In this document: positions 58,153 through 64,000 of the stretch, piece after piece | How the letters are laid out: each line of letters begins with the position of its first letter | Position numbering within the stretch: the stretch's first letter is position 1 | Assembly (NCBI GenBank): GCA_001782035.1 | Contig: MFNL01000002.1 | Location: 188,865 to 252,864, forward strand | DNA: 64,000 nucleotides | From: Candidatus Levybacteria bacterium RIFCSPHIGHO2_01_FULL_37_17 | Lineage (GTDB): Bacteria; Patescibacteriota; Microgenomatia; Levybacterales; UBA12049 | Reading direction: 5' to 3' | Notes under the pieces: generated by a model | The model's input: only the letters and a program-made list of their open reading frames with translations | What the model was told of the DNA's origin: nothing | Database searches by the model: none | Position numbers and translations under genes: made by a program

Positions 58153-58871
58153 GACGTTCCTCCTGGTGCTGTTGTTGGTGTCGGAGTTGCTGTCGGCGTT
58201 ATCGTTGGCGTAACTGTAACGGTTGGCGTTATGGTCGGCGTGCTAGTAGGTGCTGATGTCGAACTTGGCCCTTCAGTTGGGGTCGCTTGCAGGCAGTTTG
58301 GACATTTTATTTTGACATTTGTCACAGGCTGCGGAACAGGACACGAAGTTATCGAAGGCCCGGGACATTCTATTCGAATTGGCACATCCACTTCGGTTTT
58401 ATTTAATCCGCAAGCAACTCCATCTATTGTTTTATAAAAACCATCTACTGCTGTTCCATTTTTAACAACTTTCTCAAATTTATCGGTATTTACTGTACAA
58501 TTTGAATTTATGGCAGTTTTAACATCAACACCGGGACGATTTTTACTGTCTGCTCTTTTTATTGGTTTTAATTCCTTAGCAACATACAAACACCCGTCAG
58601 CCCAACCCTTTTCAACTCCTCTATTATTTTGGGGGCAGGCGCAATTGCCTAGGGTTTTAGTTTTACCAGGTCTTATTTCTATAATACCACCTACGCACGG
58701 ACCTGCATTTAAACCTTGGCAGCCTATCTGAATTTTGCCGTAATTATCAGCACTATAGCTTACGTTAAACGAAAGGCATCTTGGATCTGCAGGTGGCTGT
58801 GCGTTTGATACTTTAACAATAGATATAGATAAAATAAGAATTAAACTTACTAAAAATATTAATTTTTTCAT
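58149..58871 (-). CDS. Secreted Cys-rich protein with PT tail
   Basis: Signal peptide, about 12 Cys, TPT repeats. Confidence 0.7.
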   Translation of the reverse strand: MKKLIFLVSLILILSISIVKVSNAQPPADPRCLSFNVSYSADNYGKIQIGCQGLNAGPCVGGIIEIRPGKTKTLGNCACPQNNRGVEKGWADGCLYVAKELKPIKRADSKNRPGVDVKTAINSNCTVNTDKFEKVVKNGTAVDGFYKTIDGVACGLNKTEVDVPIRIECPGPSITSCPVPQPVTNVKIKCPNCLQATPTEGPSSTSAPTSTPTITPTVTVTPTITPTATPTPTTAPGGTS

Positions 58872-59992
58872 AATCCGTTTATAACTGCTGTTTTCTTTTT
58901 ATCAGCAAGCCAGTTTTCGTATGTATTAAAAGCGGAATCATTTGTCGACACTAACTTAATTGCATCCGCTCCGCTTCCATCTGGGGGGTTATTAAGTTTT
59001 ACCTCTCCGGCTTGTTTTAAAGAATAAATTGTATCGTAAAAAGGTTGTCCGATTCCTTTAGTTTGATGAGTATAAGTTTTTGGATCTTCAAACTCAGGCG
59101 AACCTTCCGAATCAAGTTGTATCTGGTATCCATTTACTGCTAATACCCCCCTAAAATTCGGGTTTTTTGAAAGCAGGCTTTTTGCAATAGAAAAAGCAGA
59201 CTCGTCGTTTTCAAGTCTTGTTTTAGCCTCATTTATCATGCTTTTCCCTGTTGATAGTATTTGTATTCTTTCGGCTTTTTCTTCCTCAGTTAACTCTGCC
59301 AAATCAGAAGTCGAAGGCTGCCAAAAGCCTATTGTATAAACCTGCCAGTTTTTTACTTCTTGTTGAGTTACCAAGTCTTTAAGAACCGCATACTCGGCCT
59401 CTTTGAAAGACAGGCTATCAGAATCTATTTTTGCCTGGATTTCTTCTTGAGAAATATTTATATTTTTATCAGTTTTTTCTTTATCTAAAATTTTTCGCTC
59501 AAGCAAAACATCAAGTGCATCCTGCAATGCTTGGCTATCTATCTCGTTTGTTGGATACCATTCCTCGGCGAGGGCTTGAACATCTGCTCTTGTAATATTC
59601 TCCCCGTTATAAACTGCAACAATCTTATCGTCTGTAGGCGCTGCCTGCTGTTGCACTGTTTGTTGCTGCTGGGTTAAATAAATGGTTGTAGGAAGCGCAA
59701 CTAATGCAAGAACAATTAAGGCTCCTATTGCAAGTTTTGTGTTTATTTTTCTACCCGGCTTTTCATTAGGCGGCAGTTGATGCGGAAGAGGGCTATTCAT
59801 TTCCGCAAAAGCAGACTGGTGCACAGCTTGCTGTTGGGCAGAAGAAATTGGACTTTCTTGAGCTACGAAAGGGCTTACAGGAGGAGTTTGAACAACGGGT
59901 GCTTGGGTAGCAGAAGAATCTTGATTATCCGGAAGAGAAGGTACGACTACATGTGACGTAGTTGATGTCTGGTCATTTTTATTAGGGTCCAC
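58868..59992 (-). CDS. Membrane-anchored SurA/PrsA-like chaperone
   Basis: VA.YNGE.IT..D, IS.EEI; start GTG 59992 after TTGACA-18-TATTAT. Confidence 0.65.
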   Translation of the reverse strand: MDPNKNDQTSTTSHVVVPSLPDNQDSSATQAPVVQTPPVSPFVAQESPISSAQQQAVHQSAFAEMNSPLPHQLPPNEKPGRKINTKLAIGALIVLALVALPTTIYLTQQQQTVQQQAAPTDDKIVAVYNGENITRADVQALAEEWYPTNEIDSQALQDALDVLLERKILDKEKTDKNINISQEEIQAKIDSDSLSFKEAEYAVLKDLVTQQEVKNWQVYTIGFWQPSTSDLAELTEEEKAERIQILSTGKSMINEAKTRLENDESAFSIAKSLLSKNPNFRGVLAVNGYQIQLDSEGSPEFEDPKTYTHQTKGIGQPFYDTIYSLKQAGEVKLNNPPDGSGADAIKLVSTNDSAFNTYENWLADKKKTAVINGL

Positions 59993-60038
59993 ACTTCCAT
60001 AATAGGCAGTTTTTGCGCTTGCTGTCAACTGTAAATTG

Positions 60039-60110
60039 TGGGCACTGATGGAGTCGAACCATCCACCTCTTCTTTATCAGAGAAGCGTTCTACCGCTGAA
60101 CTAAATGCCC
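60039..60110 (-). tRNA. tRNA-Ile(GAU)
   Basis: Acceptor GGGCATT/AGTGCCC, anticodon loop CTGATAA, GGTTCGACT; CCA not encoded. Confidence 0.95.
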
Positions 60111-60113
60111 TTG

Positions 60114-60185
60114 AGGCGCGGAGGGGAATCGAACCCCTGTATATCTGTTCTGCAAACAGCTGCGTTACCTCTTCGCCACCGCGCC
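60114..60185 (-). tRNA. tRNA-Cys(GCA)
   Basis: Acceptor GGCGCGG/CCGCGCC, U73, loop TTGCAGA, GGTTCGATT. Confidence 0.93.
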
Positions 60186-60226
60186 ACTTGCCTAGAGTAT
60201 AGCAAAAAAAAGGTGTTATTAGAAGA

Positions 60227-60943
60227 TTATCTAACGGGTTTTTGACCAAGGGGCGGAGGTTTTCTAAGCCAAACAGTCCAAATATATCCCGCCAAATAGA
60301 CTTTTAAAGTTTTAAACGGATTTTCTTCCCATCTTCTAAAAGATGTTATAACTTTAAGCTTGTTTGAAAAAACCACTTTTCCCTCTCTTTTTATCCTAAT
60401 TCCTAAATCTACATCCGGGCTCATTGTAAAACGCTCATCAATTCCACCTATTTTTTCCAAGGCGGACCTTCTTACGATTAGATTAAACCCTGTTAAGTGA
60501 GGCTTCCCTATTAAATAATTAAAGTGTAAAAACAGTTCATAAAAAAATTCCGAAAGCCTATTAAAAACTTTGCTTCTGGTTAAAATATCCGCAGTTCCTG
60601 TAGCAGCAACAACTCTTTCATCCTGAAAAAGTTTGTCAATTTCGTTTAGCCAAGTTCTGTCAACTATCGTATCTGCGTCCGTCATTGCAATTATTTCCCC
60701 CTTTGCAGCTTTCATTCCGGCTGATACAGCGAAGGTATTTCCTTGTTTTTGCTCCTTAATTACTCGCGCTCCATAGCCTTTGGCAATTTCTGCAGTTTTG
60801 TCTGTAGAGTTATTGTCTACAACTATCAATTCATATTTACTTTCCGCGAAATCGGAGGACCTAATTGAATCAAGGCAAAGTGGCAAATCTTTTTCTTCGT
60901 TATATGCCGCAACCAAAACTGAAATTCTAGGTTTTTCGTCCAT
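60227..60943 (-). CDS. GT2 glycosyltransferase
   Basis: AYNEE, VDNNSTD, DAD, TSFRR. Confidence 0.9.
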   Translation of the reverse strand: MDEKPRISVLVAAYNEEKDLPLCLDSIRSSDFAESKYELIVVDNNSTDKTAEIAKGYGARVIKEQKQGNTFAVSAGMKAAKGEIIAMTDADTIVDRTWLNEIDKLFQDERVVAATGTADILTRSKVFNRLSEFFYELFLHFNYLIGKPHLTGFNLIVRRSALEKIGGIDERFTMSPDVDLGIRIKREGKVVFSNKLKVITSFRRWEENPFKTLKVYLAGYIWTVWLRKPPPLGQKPVR

Positions 60944-61370
60944 ACTCTAATTTTTTTCCGGACTCTAATATGTATAGTAACATTTCTTTAACTCTTTTTT
61001 CTAAGAATCTCCCAAATATAAAATCGAACAGTTTATTTTGAAAATCAAACTCAATGGTTAAATTTAAAGTTCTAATTGAGCCTGAATTTTCTATTTTTAC
61101 ACTTTGTTTCATGTATCCAGTTATTGGCATTTTTACATAAAAACCCAAGGTTTTTTCCTTTTCATAAACATCCACTTTGTGAGTAACTTTTAAAGGAATA
61201 TATGCAATAGTTGTTATGTCGGAAAATTGAGAGCGTAAAGAAAGCGGTTTATCAAAGCCTACTTTTTGCACGAATTTAATGTATTTTGGGTACATGTTTA
61301 AGTCAGTAATTAAGCTCCAAATTTGAGCAGAAGTCAAAGAAATACTACCCTTAACAATGACCTTTCTCAT
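60927..61370 (-). CDS. SRPBCC/START-like protein
   Basis: IW.LI.D...YP pattern and size. Confidence 0.6.
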   Translation of the reverse strand: MRKVIVKGSISLTSAQIWSLITDLNMYPKYIKFVQKVGFDKPLSLRSQFSDITTIAYIPLKVTHKVDVYEKEKTLGFYVKMPITGYMKQSVKIENSGSIRTLNLTIEFDFQNKLFDFIFGRFLEKRVKEMLLYILESGKKLEYGRKT

Positions 61371-62557
61371 AAAGAAAGCGTTCTTGAAAGTCTTTTGAAA
61401 AAAGTGTCTCTTTTTTTATAGTTTTCAATTGTTTCTTTATAAAAAGTGATTAATTCTTCCGTCCATTTTTTTGGATCAAAATTAATTTTTGCAACTTCTA
61501 TTGATTTTTTCGCAAAACTTGCTCTCAAATCTTTATTAGTTAGAAGCTCGTCTAATTTTTGCGCAAAAATACCTGTGTCAAAAGGAACAACAAAGGCATT
61601 TACGCCGTTTTCTGCCATTCCCTTATATGCAGCATCGTTTGTTACAACCAAGGGAAGTCCACTCGCTGCAGCCTCCAAGACCACAACCCCCTGTGTTTCC
61701 GTTTTGGACGCAAATACAAATATGTTTGCATCTTTATAAACATATGGCATTTCTTCATAGGTAAAGGCACCTGCAAAATAAACTCTGTTTATAATATGAT
61801 ATTTTACTGCAAGTGCGTTTAGTTCTTTTTGTCTGGGTCCCCTTCCAGCAAAAACCAATACCGCTTTTTTATCTTTTAATTTAGAAAAAGCTTCTACAAT
61901 AAATTCAAAATTCTTCGCCTTATCCAGTCTACCTACGGATAGAACGATTGGCCTATTTTTATCAATCTTGAATCGCTTTCTTAAAATAGCCTCATTTTTA
62001 ACATTAAATTCACTAAAGTCTATAAAGTTTGGAATCACTTTAATAGGTCTTTTTACTCCATAATCTAAAAGCTCTTTTTTCATCTTCTCTGAGGGCGTGG
62101 TTGTTGCATCGCAAATGTTTCCAAAAGTTTTTAAAAAAAGTTCGGCCATTTTGGGCTTAATCAATTTTCCATTCATGATAAAATGGGTATATTCTTTGTG
62201 CATTGTATGGAAGGTTAAAATATATGGAATCCTTTTAAGCCTTGCTGTTGCAAGACCAAGTCCGGAGAATGCACCATTTCCATGTGCATGAATAATGTCA
62301 AATTTTAAGTCCTTTATAGTATTTAAATTTTCGGCAGATAGATATTTTGGCATAAAAATATCGGGTTCTCCATTTAGTGCTTTAAAGGAAGGAATTCTGT
62401 ATATAAATTTATCGATATCTTTATATCCTTTTATAAGAGGTGCAAATATGTATACTTGGTGTCCTTTTTTTCGAAGTTGCTCGACAAGCTGTTCAACAGA
62501 TACTACTACCCCATTGTACTGCGGATAATAAGTGTCCACAAAAAACCCAATTTTCAT
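61367..62557 (-). CDS. GT4 glycosyltransferase (diacylglycerol glucosyltransferase-like)
   Basis: DTYYPQ.NGV, TFHT, GRL...KN, ETQGVVVLEA. Confidence 0.88.
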   Translation of the reverse strand: MKIGFFVDTYYPQYNGVVVSVEQLVEQLRKKGHQVYIFAPLIKGYKDIDKFIYRIPSFKALNGEPDIFMPKYLSAENLNTIKDLKFDIIHAHGNGAFSGLGLATARLKRIPYILTFHTMHKEYTHFIMNGKLIKPKMAELFLKTFGNICDATTTPSEKMKKELLDYGVKRPIKVIPNFIDFSEFNVKNEAILRKRFKIDKNRPIVLSVGRLDKAKNFEFIVEAFSKLKDKKAVLVFAGRGPRQKELNALAVKYHIINRVYFAGAFTYEEMPYVYKDANIFVFASKTETQGVVVLEAAASGLPLVVTNDAAYKGMAENGVNAFVVPFDTGIFAQKLDELLTNKDLRASFAKKSIEVAKINFDPKKWTEELITFYKETIENYKKRDTFFKRLSRTLSL

Positions 62558-62584
62558 GATAAATTCTTTCTAATTATAGCAGAA

Positions 62585-63088
62585 TTAAGGAGTTAAATAA
62601 TCTTTTAAAAGACCATCGAAAACTCCCTCGGTGGCTTGATAAGGATTAACCAGATCGTCTACCTTATCGATATAAAGCAGAGTATTGTCGGGGAAGCTAC
62701 ATCCTTTAAAGAAATCTACAAGCGCAGGTATACAATCTGCATTTACGGTCCAAATGCTTACATTTGTGGGTCTTATTAGGCTTCCAGATATTTGAACATT
62801 TGCTAGTACTTCCTCCACAGCTTTACCTTCAGCTTCCCACATATCTGAATGTTTTCCAGCTCCTTCGGTATACACTAATTCATGGCTTATCATTAGTTCT
62901 CCCTTGATAATTCCAGTAGGATGTTCTTGGGTAAGTTTAGGAAGCATATCTTGAAAATATTGGCCTAAATATGGAGAGCTTTCAGTAATATTCTCAACAA
63001 TATAATTCAAGGAAAACATTTCTAGTTGCTCTGGAGTCAACTTTCTTCCGTAACTTCGCCAAGATGGTACAAATCTTTTTCTTTCCAT
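62585..63088 (-). CDS. Hypothetical protein
   Basis: ATG 63088 after TGaTAGAAT. Confidence 0.6.
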   Translation of the reverse strand: MERKRFVPSWRSYGRKLTPEQLEMFSLNYIVENITESSPYLGQYFQDMLPKLTQEHPTGIIKGELMISHELVYTEGAGKHSDMWEAEGKAVEEVLANVQISGSLIRPTNVSIWTVNADCIPALVDFFKGCSFPDNTLLYIDKVDDLVNPYQATEGVFDGLLKDYLTP

Positions 63089-63096
63089 AAGGGGCA

Positions 63097-63125
63097 ATTC
63101 TATCACTTTGCCACAAAAAAAGCAC
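63097..63125 (-). repeat. 29-bp direct repeat, copy 1
   Basis: 27/29 identical to 63858-63886. Confidence 0.85.
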
Positions 63126-63131
63126 AATTAT

Positions 63132-63851
63132 TTAGAGGGTTTCTTGTGAATCCCAAATATTTAGCTGGTTTGGCTCTTCCAAACCTTTCAGCAATTTGTA
63201 CCTCTTTGATTTTACTTGGTCTAGCCACTCGTGGGAAAATTGGGCATACTCAGGAGACCAATCATCAAAGTTTATTTCATCTGTCCAATAAGTTGAAACT
63301 GTTTCCGTCAAATCCTCTCCTTCTCCTTGATTTAAAGCATCATATTTTATTCGCCATTTATCTAAAATATCATTCGCCTTTTCGAAAGCTGGCCATGTGT
63401 AATCATTAGCAGGTTTTCCACGAAGCTGGAGTTGATTAAAAAATATTATTCGTGCATCAAAATTTGAGCTAAGCCGCATAGCTATTGCAAGTTCTATTGG
63501 GGTAAATGGTTGAAGTAGACTTATTGCTTTTCGTACTTGATAACTCGGATTGGCCAATGCTGCAACTACCAGTTCTGTTGGCAATCTCTCGCTTTTTCTT
63601 CTTGCTTTTCCTATGTCTTCAAGAGCCATATCTTCGTCTAGCCAATCTACTGGGATTCTTCCTGCAAAAGCTTCAATCCATAGACTATACGGATTATCCG
63701 GATTAAATCTTTCAAAAAGATTTTGCACTACATCTGCAGACTGATTGAGCGTTAATTCTTGAAAATCAGGTTGTGACCTAGGCACTTCTGCTGCTCCCCG
63801 CGGAAACATTTGGGTTTTAATTGAACCGATAACTTCTGCTTTAGATGCCAT
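63132..63851 (-). CDS. Hypothetical protein
   Basis: ATG 6 nt after TGaTAAAAT. Confidence 0.6.
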   Translation of the reverse strand: MASKAEVIGSIKTQMFPRGAAEVPRSQPDFQELTLNQSADVVQNLFERFNPDNPYSLWIEAFAGRIPVDWLDEDMALEDIGKARRKSERLPTELVVAALANPSYQVRKAISLLQPFTPIELAIAMRLSSNFDARIIFFNQLQLRGKPANDYTWPAFEKANDILDKWRIKYDALNQGEGEDLTETVSTYWTDEINFDDWSPEYAQFSHEWLDQVKSKRYKLLKGLEEPNQLNIWDSQETL

Positions 63852-63857
63852 GTCGGG

Positions 63858-63886
63858 ATTTTATCACCTTGCCACAAAAAAAGCAC
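63858..63886 (-). repeat. 29-bp direct repeat, copy 2
   Basis: attttatcaccttgccacaaaaaaagcac. Confidence 0.85.
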
Positions 63887-63904
63887 CGCTTGGTGCTTTT
63901 TTTG
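63875..63904. terminator. Bidirectional intrinsic terminator
   Basis: caaaaaaagcacc-gctt-ggtgctttttttg perfect hairpin. Confidence 0.8.
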
Positions 63905-64000
63905 ATATCGGCAAGAATTCTTTCCAATCAGAAAGTGGTAGGAAAAGTGGTGTTGTTTTACAAGCGCCACAATCGCTTGGGTGTCTGTACTATTCCCTCG

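Noticed and set aside
60025-60249. 74-aa ORF
   Set aside because: Overlaps tRNA-Cys and tRNA-Ile
63955-64000. Minus-strand GAGGGAATAGTACAGAC plus caagcg/cgcttg hairpin, resembling a group I intron 3' core
   Set aside because: Truncated by the window edge, imperfect match and no recognisable 3' exon; cannot be supported

Overview
64 kb of low-GC, gene-dense chromosome, probably from a Patescibacteria/CPR bacterium (Microgenomates-like). This is inferred from gene content and from cohesin/Pro-Thr-repeat surface proteins, not from a marker search. The core backbone has rpsF-ssb-rpsR, ychF, murB/htrA/ctpA, glgA, an ECF sigma/anti-sigma module with S9 and C39 peptidases, and a glycerate kinase-transketolase-FAD oxidase operon. 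It continues with cysS, recR-prs-ybaB-dnaX-ybeY-rpsU, proS, gdhA, rseP, rpsB-tsf-frr, uppS, a glyA-folA-thyA-dut-tmk-dcd thymidylate cluster, tRNA-Cys/tRNA-Ile, glycosyltransferases and two surface-protein clusters. No integrase, transposase, CRISPR array or rRNA was seen. The most unusual signals are at DNA level. (1) Orphan genes at three loci are bracketed by 20-29 bp direct repeats that are copies of a promoter -10 region, suggesting promoter-duplicating gene insertion. (2) G.A-mismatch palindromic elements lie in frame in dnaX, ssb and rpsB and between tsf and frr. (3) A four-helix-bundle gene is enclosed by complementary heptamer arrays. (4) A putative ECF regulon includes an unannotated 26-aa peptide. 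(5) Leaderless gene starts are pervasive.
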